NCBI GenBank assembly: GCA_002633005.1
Contig: NMRA01000530.1
Coordinates: 117,349 to 181,348, forward strand
Reading direction: 5' to 3'
DNA length: 64,000 bases
Source of the DNA: Phoronis australis
Taxonomy: Eukaryota > Animalia > Phoronida
Shown: positions 24,523-36,399 of the stretch, in pieces
How positions within the stretch are numbered: position 1 is the stretch's first letter
Layout: each line of letters begins with the position of its first letter
Program-made: the position numbers and the translations under genes
The notes under the pieces: model-generated
Told to the model about the DNA's origin: nothing
The model's database searches: none
What the model saw: only the letters and a program-made list of their open reading frames with translations

Positions 24523-27500
24523 CTGTAAAAAAAATCAGAAATTTAAACATCAGGGCAATGATTAGTCATCAATACGTTAATGGTACAAAGATCCTTTGAG
24601 TTCTGACATATTATAATACGAAATATCAATAAATAAAAAGAAAAACAGCATTTAGAACCCCAACTTTTTAAAGGCGCCTACTAATTTGTTAATACATTTA
24701 GTACAAGTACCGCTGTCATCAACAGAACTGATCATCAGAAAATCTGATATAAGGTCCTCTTTCGTGGAGCATAGTTATTATTACATTAGAGAATGGTGCA
24801 CGGCAATAAAACACAACTAAAATAAAATGATATATCAGTCATACATTAAAACTGGTGATTTTCCAAATTATTTGGCTTCAGAAAAAGATCCCCAAAATAG
24901 ATGGATTAGGTTTTGGTTATCTGTTATTCATTGATGTTTAGTTTATTACGAAGTTGAACCATGGTCTGCAAGCCATGTTGCTGGACAAAAGAACAAAGGA
25001 ATACTTAACAATGGACTACATTCAGGTATCTAGATTTAGTCTTATTTTGCAGCAACCATGGTTGTCTGAAGTTGAAACCAAACAGGAGTTTCATTTGGCA
25101 AATCTTATACATAACAGGATTTGCACGCGAGTGGACATGGAAGCGTGGACTGTTTAACTCAGAGTATCTGGCAAATTCCTCGGCATATCAAAGGCTTGAT
25201 GGTGCCATGACAGATTGAAGCGAGCAAGTCGCTGTGCATGGGCTTGACCGGATGTATACTGAGTGAGATAATTGCGGTGGTAAACCAACGCACCTGTTTA
25301 GTGTGACAGGAAAAACAAATTGTAGGCCTAGCACCTTAAGACTGAAAAACATAATTATGTGGATATATTTTAATTAGTAAATACAACTTACCCTAGTGGC
25401 CGCTCTGTGTACTATGGAATGTCGTCTGCCAAGTTCATTGAGATCTTTTGAGTATCCTCCACCAATGACTGCTGCACACGCGCAGCCTTTATTTAACACT
25501 GTTCGCATGACATAGTAATCCCGCTGGAACAGACCTGAAAGAATCCAGAAGTAAAATTGTCATGACAGCAGGCCAAAAAAGTATAGTTGATTCTATTGTT
25601 TTTGAAAATCGTCTCAGTGGTGGACAGTGGTATTTCTTTAGTTAATATGTACACAATTTTTCAAAAAAAGAAAATCCAACTGAGATAAAAGTTTAGTAAG
25701 TGAACAAAGATAATAATGTGCATCAAAAATGATTTGAGGTCTAATCATGCACATCATGTGACTATGGATGAGAGCTGTAAACATGCAGACAAGATCATAC
25801 TTGTCAAATGAATACATCAGAGTAGGTTTTGATCATTTTAGTATGACTGTAGTTTGAAATGGGGGCCTTCTATGCCTGCCATAACTCAAAATGTGAACCG
25901 TGACCCTTTGATGTTCTTACAGCTGCGCAGGTGTTGAATCAGAACAAGTTATATTACATGCAAAAGACAATTTCATGGCTAAAGTACTGGATTTACATCT
26001 GGTTCCAAGTACACTATTGATTCCAGCACCTCATTACCATGGTTAATGACATCCCCAGCATCTGAAAGCCATAAACCACCACTGGGTTACAAGGTAACTT
26101 GTTTCTATCCATTGCAAATGAATCTTTTCTTTTCCCCACAATTTTATGACAGGCAAGTCAGCAGCACACAAATTTGCAGAGCAATGATATTGCCTTGGTG
26201 GACCCTTTATAGAAATGTGGCATCCTTGAAGTTTCAGTCACCACTGATGGTGATGAGTCATGGTTTCCAAAAACCATTGACAGAATCTCTTCCCCAAGGA
26301 GTGTAGGCACTGATCTCACTGTGAACCATGAACAATGAAGTCACATGTCCTACCTTCACTATAAATCATTTCAGACTATAACAGACTTCAAGCCATCAAA
26401 TATGTGCAATTCAAGCAGTGTCTAACTTCTCTTGCACGAGTATAGGTGGCGGCAATACACAACCGATGCTATAAATGCAGCTTATCAGAGTTCTAATCTG
26501 ATTGGTAAGTCTCGCCAATTTTGGACAACCATTAACAAAACAGTCTGACTGTCACTAATTCTCCAAACCAAAGGCTTCTAAAATTGTTGTAAAAGCCCCC
26601 AACTTTTCAAATTGTCTAGTACTGTAGTACCTAAAATAAAAACCTTATGAAACACACAACTTCACTGCTACCCGCATCTTTCATACAAAATATATAAAAA
26701 TGAAATTTCACTGGACGTCTGCATATAGTGAAATTTATCACCTTAACACTTAATCTAAACCACAGAGAGAGGAAAAAGTAGCTTTTTGAACTCTACCTTT
26801 TATTTAGTATTTATTTATTTTATTTATTATTGTGATACTTAAAATGAGGGTGGCCTCTTTAGTGATAGCACTGCTTTCCAAGAGGGCCCTCAACCAATTA
26901 TATTTTGAGATTGTCTTAACATGTGAAAACCATTATGTTCACCTCGATTTACCTTGATCGGTGAGATTAAGTTTTCCAAGATCATCATCAACATGGGGGT
27001 CAATGCCAGCATCATATAGAACAAGTTGTGGACGGAATGTGTCCAGCAGGTGGGGCAAAACCTCAGCAAGTTTCTGCATGTACTCCATGTCCTAGGAGGA
27101 ATAACACAAAGTCAACTCGGATGATTTCCCAGCTAATTAACACTCGCACAATATGGCAGAAAATGAGAAATATTATTTTGTGAGTCAGACATTTTGAATG
27201 AAACTAAACATTGCAAAATCCAGTCAGATTTCCAACTGAGATGAGTAGCCTATACGAAGTAAAACTCGGGTGGGTTAGTCTTGATGTCAGTACTTCAATC
27301 ATGAAGCCCCCGACGAGGAATCCAGTGCAGCACACAGGATCATGAGCATTGTTCAAACAATCAGAGACTAGTAAAAAATAACCGACTGCGTGAATACGGG
27401 TAACTCTCTCCGACAACACATCTGACTTTAGTTATAACTTCTTAATATGGAGACTCGCATCTTTCGTTTCAAAACAGTTCTTGTCAGTCAAGCCATAAGC

Positions 27501-30500
27501 ACTATTATTCTCGACTTTTGTTAATTAATAACGAAATATTGATTTATTGCATACACAAAATTTAAAAATTTTGACCCACGTGGTGACCGCAGTGGGAGCT
27601 AAGCATAGCAGACCATTTCTTGTCTGGGGGGAGTCGACTGTCTGCGTGACTGGTCGCCTGTTTGTTACTGACCAGTCAAATAAAAAATTGTGATCTGTAC
27701 TGTCATGCAAGGTGTCTTACTTAGCTGAGAAGACTTGACACTCCATATGTTTACTGTAACTGAATGAGGCATACCACTGTGATATAGACAGCAGTTGCAA
27801 CCCAGTCAAAGTGGCTCTTTTTGGCCAAATTTTGCCATAATATGTGTCGAAAATAATCTGACAGACAAAATGATTCGTAATTTCACATCATGACAGCCAA
27901 ATACAATCAGTTTCAAGAGAGATGGTCATTACGAACATGACAGGGAAACAATATTTTGTGACTCCTTTTGGCAAGTACTGTACTTCATTGCTGGTGTGTA
28001 CGGCACATGTGTGTAGAGCATTGTATGTTTGCAGGTATTTGGATTATGGTTTAGGTAATACATGACTAATAAACTTGCAATGGGTCATATCCCGTTTCAC
28101 AAAACGGTAAGTCTACCAATGTTTTGGTTAAATTAATTTTGCAATCCTAATAATAAAACTTCAACCATTGATGATTTGTACTGAGGTCAGGGATATTCCT
28201 GACCAAGTTTGAACCTGTGCCCTTCGAACGCACCTGACGACAAAAAGTGTGCCTTTTTTCAAAAAAATTGTGCCCAGCAGACATGCTCACCCGATTGGCA
28301 GTAACTTGACTATAGAATCTTGCACTTTTGGAAGAGTGCTGTATTTAAAAGATGTGTCTGGGATGCACAATGCTGTAATGTACTTGCGCCTTCATATTTT
28401 TATGTGCTAATGGAACCAAAGAACAGTCCAGGAATTTCTCTATGAGGTTGTCAATACAAGCATTTCTGATGCAAAATCTGGTGCGCATATCATTATCAAT
28501 GAAAATAATGCAGGGCCAACAGATAAAAGGTTCAAAGGTAACGTGCATTCAAACCATCTATTAAGAGCTCTGTCTTGTTTCCAGTGATTGTTGGTATGGA
28601 TGAGATCTTTTTCACTTCAGATGAATTCATATTAAGACATTCTAAACTTGATGAAGCTCATCTGAGTTGTCTGTTACCTCTGTTCCAATGTCCAGTCCAA
28701 TGTCAAGGTCACTGTCTTGCTTTGTGAAGGGGAAGTTTTTCTCGCAGTGCATAGAGAATGTGAACACGCCGTCATGGTTACGAAATATAAAAGCAGTACC
28801 ATCACCCTAAATAAAAGACATTTCCAAAAATCAGTGATCCACATAAACTACGGTACTATGCATGGGAACCCCCATATTCTCTTAAGACAAAAATCCTAAG
28901 GATCGTTATGCACCTGCACTCTGCTGAGATGATTAGTAGCCTGACCATTTTCAGTTTGACAGTGATAGCAAGGGGAGAAAGTTGGCAAACCAATGTTTAC
29001 ATAGTCCAGCTCTCTCATTGTCTGGGTTTGTCTGATAAGCACATTGTAATCCAGCAATTATGCAGTAAACAGGGCTCCTGAGGCTATACTGATATTTAAA
29101 ATTTCTATTTTCAAACATCTCTCAACAAATGTTGTGAAGAAAGATGTGTTTTGTATGAAATACTCTCACCAAAAAAAAAAAATTCAAACAGAGAAAAACA
29201 GTTGTTTTTTCTGAGTAATTACTGAATATTCACCTGCTGATCCCTTTATGTGACTTAAGCTCTGACCCACTTACTGCCACAGCATTGTGTAACAACACAA
29301 TAGGCTTGTTTGTCAAGTTGAATCCAATGGGATTTACAGATCATATCATGATGTTGAAAATTTCTTGGCCAACAAACAGTCCAGGGGAATAAAGGTAACC
29401 CCTTTTATCCACATTCTTTCAGGCTCAGCTTCTGTTGTCAGTTAGTGTTGTAGTTCATTAGATTATATGATTACAGGCCATGCTGGAAACTAGTTCCCAA
29501 TGAAAAGCTCAAGGCTTGGGTTTTTGTTGACAAAATCACTATTAATTGACCAATTCTTTAAGTCTACTTTTTACTTCTCTAATTTAGATTTTACAAATTT
29601 ATGTTCCAAAAAATATGTAAAAATAGAGCCATGTATTGCTTTCAAAGCCTTCTATTTAGATAATTTATGAAGTTGTTAAGAAACAATAATTACTCTCACT
29701 GTGTGGCCTAAGTGTACCCAGTCACTCCATAACTGATCTCCCTCTACTGTGAATGGTAAGTGGATAGAAGCATGTCCAGCTGATCATGTGACATTGAAGC
29801 AATTCGAAAGATTTCTCCAAATTGACCCTTATCTCCTTTAAAGGGGACGTTTCAGCATGCACTCATGCCAATGTGTTAAAGTTGTCAGTTTATGAATGAG
29901 GTTATCAAGTGCATTGCTTTTCTGAAATAAAAAATAAAATGAATATTGTTGTGTTATGTTTCAAGTATTTTTAGAGAATGGCACTACTGAAAAACAACAT
30001 TGCCATCACCAGCCAAAGTCTCCGGCACTTTCAGACATTAGGATCCTGGTAACAGTTTTCCAAATCACGCTAAACAATCAAAAATATATTCCAGAAAAAA
30101 TAAATCTTTTACTTTGCTCTTACCTGATGAACGTCTAAGTCCACCACCAGCACCCTCTCAGCCAGTTTCTTCGTTATACAGTAATCCGCCGACACAGCCA
30201 AATCATTGATGAGACAATAACCAGAACCATAACTGGGAAATGCATGATGTGTTCCACCTCCGGTACTACAAGCCAGTCCATACTTCAGCGCCAGCACTGA
30301 TGCAAGAACGGTGCCACCTAATAACATAATTTTTCATAAAATATTAGAAACATCTAATTGGGAGATTTTCACAACACAGGATTGATTGGTCCAGAAATAC
30401 TGAAAACATACCCTCAGGATCACTTTGATCCAAGGTAGTCAATCTTTGAACCACAGAATGTCTGAATTAGAATACAATCAACCAATCAACAACACAGTCA

Positions 30501-32085
30501 AAAGAGTCCAAAACAGCTACCTATCAGATAAGCCATTTTAAGGCCTTGGATTTCGAAAAAACAGATTGACTAGCAATGAAGATTTCCGGGAAAGTGGGAC
30601 CTAAAATACATTCTCGGCTTGGAAGTTATTTAGGACTAGCAAAATTTCAAAATTTGGCTTTTAACTTTCGAACACCATGCATCAGAAATGAATATTTCAT
30701 GATTAATATGGAACTTTTGTAGACTATGTTTTATGCACTGTTCTCTAAACAATTTTGGAAATTGTTTTAAAAATGTTCAGTACGTTTTTACATGAGAGAC
30801 TAGTATCTAAATAAGACTTTTATGATTATCCTGTAAAGAGTTCACATACTGCATAATAATTAAAATGAATTGACAGTTTAGAAACTGGAATTGTAACAGT
30901 AGTCTTATATAACCGTTATATCAAATGGTCATATTATTTCTGCAGTTATTTTTTGAAAGAATGTACTTTTAAGTACATTCATTTTTTGCTATATTTTACT
31001 GAAGCCCAATTATATTAGTGCAAAGTTGAAATTGTATAGGATTTCTATTGTCTTTCACAATTGTGTTCTCCAGTTGAGTACAACTTGTTAGGTTGTATAG
31101 CACAAGTTGGGCACATGACCACTGTAGCCAATATCTACCGTACACAACTGATTATATCCATTCTGGCATTTATGGTTGGAGGGTCAGCTCTCTTTTTTTC
31201 GATAATTACTCTAATCTGGGATAAGATCCTAGCCTGACTGGGCTATGCTGTAAAAGTTGAGTTATAAGTTATAAAATGTTTGAACATAAACCAATAACAT
31301 TTCTGAATTCCTCGTCTAATGTTGATCATGTTTATTTTTGAATCACCAAAATCTCCCAACTACAACCAAAGTTAAGTCAATCTGTTCTGAGGGTTAATGC
31401 ACTGGTCAGAAAAAACCTGGTAGATAATTGGCCTGCATATTGTCATACCAGACAAAAGACTGTGCTGGGCAGTTAACAAAGGTGCTAGTTGTTATCACAG
31501 GCTCCAAACCCTTCTGTCTGGTAAAGTCAGTGAATGGGAGAAGGTCCTAATGTTTGTGATAGCTTCATTCACGCATTTGTTAATAAGGCTGTACATAAAC
31601 CAAACCATGCTTCCTATCCTACAAACATAAACCAAGTCCTTGTTTCTAGGTACTCAAAGTCCTTGTGCACCTGTTTCGTAGCGACATCTAGTGAGGATGC
31701 CAGGAGTCCACTTGAATCCACTGATTTTCTGTTCCTTCTCACTGGTATGTCCAGCATAAAACCTGTCCACGTAATCAGCATCGTGTACACCAACAAGTGA
31801 GGACTTCGAGACTAGATTGGGCTCAAACACCTGTTTCATTGATATCACATTATCGGACTTCAAATTGCGAAAAACTTTGTGGAATTTCCGCATGGCAAAC
31901 CTGTGTCTGGCAGGAAGATCACAGACATATTGGTGATGGTGCACTATGGGTAATCTATTGACCTCAAGGTTGGGGCTGACTGTTTCTTTGTCATCAACAC
32001 TAAATTGTTTTCTGGGCCCAGCTTGCATCTTAAAGAGATCCGCCTTGGCAAGGGACCTATAACCATGCTGAACACTTCGATTCAT
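24469..32085 (-). CDS. hdac12: Zn-dependent histone deacetylase family protein, class IV/HDAC11-related (hdac12 / SYNPCC7002_A1628-like); exons 32085-31671, 30317-30124, 28806-28678, 27091-26953, 25534-25392, 24522-24469; 357 aa from the ATG at 32085
   Basis: All introns are GT-AG and phase-compatible. Motifs: LPIVHH..Y.C.LP..HRF.M.KF, GGGTHHA, GYC, DLDVHQGDG, FSMHCEKNFP, YDAGIDPH..DDLG, IGGGYS. The symbol comes from recalled family resemblance, not from a search. Confidence 0.9.
25392..25534 (-). CDS. hdac12: HDAC exon (GLFQRD...IGGGYS...VHRAATR)
   Basis: tttcag acceptor, GTAAGT donor; catalytic Tyr motif GGGY. Confidence 0.92.
26805..26895 (-). mobile_element. short 3' tail of the same LINE family as 6650-6731
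   Basis: Near-identical ttgtgata.ttaaaatgagg.tggcctctt.agtgatagcactgctttccaagagggccctcaac. Confidence 0.8.
26953..27091 (-). CDS. hdac12: HDAC exon (DMEYM...YDAGIDPHVDDDLGKLNLTDQ)
   Basis: tcctcctag acceptor, GTAAAT donor; region of the third Zn ligand. Confidence 0.92.
28678..28806 (-). CDS. hdac12: HDAC exon (GDGTAFIF...SDLDIGLDIGTE)
   Basis: ttttatttag acceptor, GTAACA donor, 43 codons, phase 0/0. Confidence 0.92.
29415..29665 (+). repeat. repeat family E copy (second copy at 39545-39805)
   Basis: Shared gctcagcttct...gccatgctggaaacta...aaggcttgg...ttgacaaaat. Confidence 0.75.
30124..30317 (-). CDS. hdac12: HDAC exon (GGTVLA...GGGTHHA...DLDVHQ)
   Basis: ttattag acceptor, GTAAGA donor; catalytic HH and Zn ligands D-x-H. 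Confidence 0.92.
31070..31530 (+). repeat. copy of repeat family A in an HDAC intron
   Basis: Same blocks as 6131-6560, including ctggtagataattggcctgc. Confidence 0.85.
31671..32085 (-). CDS. hdac12: HDAC exon (MNRSV...RCRYETG); the exon itself starts at 32091
   Basis: Acceptor tatttttag at 32093-32092; donor GT at 31670-31669, phase 1. Confidence 0.88.
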
Positions 32086-33865
32086 CAGGACCTAAAAATA
32101 TCAAGTAATAACACACTACATTTGACATTTATTGGACAATGGAACATATTTGCTGCACTGGGAAATAAGCAATTTACACCTAATTTGGCTATTTTTTATT
32201 GTATTTCCTTGGGTACAAATGACCTTAACCTACTTTTATTCCTGGAATTCAATTTCACAAGCTATATTTATTTACTATTAGTACATCCCCACACTGTAGA
32301 ATTTCTTGGTTTTGACAGTCCAGGGGAATGGTAGATGATGAAATTGTTTGAAAAGTCCACAGTTTTAGTCCATGATTAAATCAGTTCATTTCAGTTACTT
32401 AGTGTTTCATTGTCCCCAAGTCATTGTTAATGTGCTAATTGCTCTACTCCACACAAAAACATTAGATCAGCATTCCTAGATAAAGACTTCTTGACTGCAG
32501 CGGTTGATGTACAGATCTGAAAACTGCTGCTTAACTAGTAATTTTTCAATTTTGGTTAGGAGCTAGAACTAGTACTGTATTTTGCTAAATTTAGGCCTTG
32601 CAACTACCACAGGTATGATTTTAATTTTCAAAATTTGGGCAAATTTGTGTTCCAAGGGTTGGTCTGTATTTAAATAATTTACAATTAATACAGATACACT
32701 ATTTTGACTGTGAAGCGAGCTTAAGTTGCTTTCCCATTAGAAATGAAACTAGTACGCTTTTAAAAAAGTTTTGGTAAGTGGGAAAGTTTAAATCAGATGG
32801 TTAACTTGCAAGCGAAACTTCGCTTTTAATGTACGATATATACGATTACGCGAGACTCGCAAAACCTGTTCTTTGCTAAAGTAGCTTAGCCAATGTGCTC
32901 TAAATAGACACATGTAAATGAATAAACGAAAGCATATCTGATGAAAAATGACACTGGTCATTTTTATATTAGTCTCATAAATGGCAGGAGGACAAATTTC
33001 GGTTAGCCTCAAACCCACTACAAAAAATTGCTCTGAGAGTACGAAATGAACTGCGTTGTTAGGTACATCATCGATATTGCTAATTGTTAAGTGGGAAACC
33101 TACATGTAAAGTTTCGGCAAAGTTTCGGTAAACTGAAGTTCCCCAAATGAGAAAGCGCTTAAGGGGCTTCACACAGTTGGACTTGCTATTATCGCTGATC
33201 TGAATAGGCCTTTCCATTTGTGGGTAGTAGTACATGGCAATTAGGTCTGATCAGTTAGTGAAACTTTTGGACAGACAATCAAATCAGCTGATCTAAATTA
33301 CGGCTATCTCCCACAAAACCTTAGTAAGGAAAAAAGTTCTATCCTCAAATCTTTAAGGAATTCATCCACGGAAAGGGCGAAAATGAAACATATTTATGGT
33401 ATCAGATGAAAGTACAATGAAGAGCAATCGAGCAGAAAGACTTTTGATTTTCTGATCGTCCAGAGTTTTCCAATTACCTGCCAACTCCAGACAGTCCATC
33501 ACATTATAGACCCTTTCATACTAGTGTTGACGTGTCAATGTTATGGGGAAATGCGGTCAGTATGATCGATTAACTTTGGTCCTGGATCGAATTTAACAAT
33601 GTCAGTTAACTTCGCAGTAAGCAGGTGGATTTAGCGTAGCATAGACGCTGCAGTGCAATTAATATGAACGTCAACTTCAGACCCATCAAAGTTATCAGTT
33701 ATCTTCAGGTGCCACTGTTATGGTCAACAAATAAAGAGCAGTGTTGTCACTAATAGCTGCTTTTATTTTGCTCGAATAATCACCAATCAAATTAAAAAAA
33801 ATTACGTCAATTAGCACAAAATGTCCCCAATTGTCACATTAAAAAATCTTAGCATGCAGCACTAC

Positions 33866-33898
33866 CTTGTGATTACTGATCGGTGACAATAGTGTCAT
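33866..33898 (-). CDS. candidate first coding exon of the HDAC gene (MTLLSPISNHK)
   Basis: gaagATGA start and AAG|GTAGTG donor. Phase 0 joins GTC CTG ATG at the 32091 acceptor in frame. Confidence 0.4.
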
Positions 33899-34897
33899 CT
33901 TCAATATCCATCAACTAAGGAAGCCGGTATGAACGGTTTAATTAATTTCACAGTTTACATCGACGCTCCACTCAGACCGTATGAAAGGGCATTCTTAAAT
34001 GTTATGGGCACTGGTCAGATATAGCGTTCCGTGATTTTAAGAAGCAGTTCCATCCACTGAATTATTCAGTGATTCAGTGAGTGATTGCCCGATATTACAA
34101 ATCAGGGACCATGACATTCGACCAGCATTTCGCTCAGGGTCTGAGCTCAGTCCACTAGGGTAGGTTGTTTACACAACTGTTAACTAAGACCCAGCATGAA
34201 AACATTTGTATGCCAGATCACAGACAGTGGTGTTCTTCAATTGGTCTATTTTGAAGAGTGCAGTGAGTGTCAAGCACATCTGTACCGCTAGCTTTGTTTC
34301 TTGATAGTGATGCTTGGTGTGTTACAATTTTATTTATTCCACTATCAGGGGTCTCATAACAAAGAATCCAAGTATTGAAGGACTCCTTTACTTCTTTATT
34401 TGGGAAGTCGAATTTGTGCATGCTCAGTAATGCCTAAGATTTTGTGGAAAGCAGCTTGCTGAGACACTTTTAAAAAAATCACTCTAACGCCCACAACAAT
34501 TAAACAAAATTTATTAACAATTTTACACACGTTGATACAATTCAATCGCAATGTGTACCTTGTTTTAATATGGATATGTAGGCGTATCTTTGGTGAATGT
34601 GAGTCGACTTTGACCAAAAACATACATAAAATATTAAATATCAAAATTATGTGAGAAAGATGCAACAGTTTAAATAACCGAATACTCAGGCACATTCCAC
34701 TCACAGACAGCCAGAGGGCTTATCACTGCAGTTAATCAAATGCGAAGCTGTAAACGTAAACAAACTGCTGCACACTTGTTAAGTGGCAGTCCATAAAAAC
34801 CTAACCCAACTTACGGACCCCTAGACTTCAGACACTGAGCAGAATGATCGAGTGCCGTGTTATGGTTATGCGTTATGGTATGGTTACGTGTACTACA

Positions 34898-34992
34898 CAC
34901 AGGCGTCCTCAGCTTCTGACCGTCCCCAATAAACTATAGAATACTAGTGTCTTGGGGACGACCAGAACTAGAAGCTGAGCTCGACGCCTGCG
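34898..34992. mobile_element. degenerate copy of the palindromic element at 63463-63568
   Basis: cacaggcgtcctcagcttctgaccgtccccaa ... ttggggacgaccagaa..gaagctgag..gacgcctgcg. Confidence 0.8.
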
Positions 34993-35064
34993 GTAACTGC
35001 ACCGTACGGTGATGACTGACGGTGTAGCTAGTACTACTAGTATAGTATAGACTAACCTTTGTAC

Positions 35065-35810
35065 AAAGCTGTATACTAAATATACAGCTTTGCACCGATG
35101 TTGGTAAAAAAGTGGTAAGATAAAATCTGACACAAAATTTATTATCAAGTTAAAAACTACAGTCTTCCTTGAGTAAACTAAATTATTTGACGGTGATGGA
35201 AAAAATGACGTTCTACCGTTATTCTGCTGCTAAAGTTTTGGAGTGATCTTCAGCGATGGCTTTCGGCGCCATGAAATATTGCGTCGCCTAATTGGCCAGT
35301 CTTTCTTTTTTCGCCGATTCTTCAATCAAGTGTTTTTCTGGAGGTTGCGTTGTCACAACAAATTATCGGAACTAGTTTCATTTCAGTTTTTAGAATTTTG
35401 ATACCAAAAAACCAAATTTCAGAAGAAATTTTGTTGCTGAGAAGCTATCATCATCTCCGGAGGGTTATGTCGCAAAAATTTACGTGCACGTGACACGAGC
35501 ATACCGTTTTCAGAACAATGACATACTTTTCATTGTTAGAAAAGGCCGCGAATTACGCAAGCAAATGACGTTTCTTGCATTGTTTTTCACTTAAACGGTT
35601 GTAACGGGCAAGGTGAGTGTCGTTTCATTCCCAGATTTTGCATGCACCCCGTCCGGTATTTAGCTTTACCTGTTGATACAAGTTTCACGGCGAGGTGAAG
35701 AGCAGAACTACCCTGGTTGTGTGCAATTTCGGTGTCTACGGAAGAAATACACACAGTGGTACCTAGCTGTATTTTGACGACAGACAGCTAGCTGGCTGGC
35801 TGAGACTTAA
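35065..35810 (+). mobile_element. repeat family B copy lacking its left TIR, between the HDAC and ferritin starts
   Basis: Collinear with 37490-38255. Confidence 0.8.
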
Positions 35811-36207
35811 ATTATAACTAAGTATAGTCTAGTAATAGACTAGTTGGCAGGGGACGAAGCAACTTACTGAAGAAGACATTCCTGATCAAATCAACTTAGC
35901 ACTCATCATTGGCAATGCGATTTTTGCTTTCGCATGTCGAAACAATGCTAGCTATCTCATTCACAGTTTTGAAACAGAAAATGATGATGAAAGTTTGATA
36001 AAGCCAAGGAGCACGAATTTTTGAACGACATTCTCCATTTTGTCCAGTCATGTGTTGCAAGCACATGATCAAAAACTTGTCCAATCAATGGACAGCACGA
36101 ATAAAAAGGACAACAGGTGGCAGTGTTTGTCGGAAAAAAATCCCAAGGTCATTGTGCGGTCGTTCACTTTACTGTTCTTTCCTTAATTTCCCCTATCTCC
36201 TTCGGAT

Positions 36208-36399
36208 ATGTCACTTGTTCGCCAAAATTACCCTCCTGAATGCGAGGCGGCGGTGAACAAGCAAATCAACCTTGAAATGTACGCCAGCTATGCCTATTTG
36301 GGTCTGGCATATTTCTTCGAGAGAGACGATGTTGCCTTGCCCGGATTTTTCAAGTTCTTCAAAAAGTTGTCGGACGAAAAAAGGGAAAACTCCAATGTT
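36208..36399 (+). CDS. ferritin exon 1
   Basis: RQNY and INLEMYASY motifs; donor GTAAGT at 36400. Confidence 0.95.

Noticed and set aside
24469-32085. Recent horizontal transfer of a cyanobacterial-like HDAC
   Set aside because: The gene has at least five spliceosomal introns, and this family is known from other animals.
36108-36133. CAGTGT as an iron-responsive element loop
   Set aside because: No bulged C at the required position, and the upper stem would be four G-U pairs out of five.
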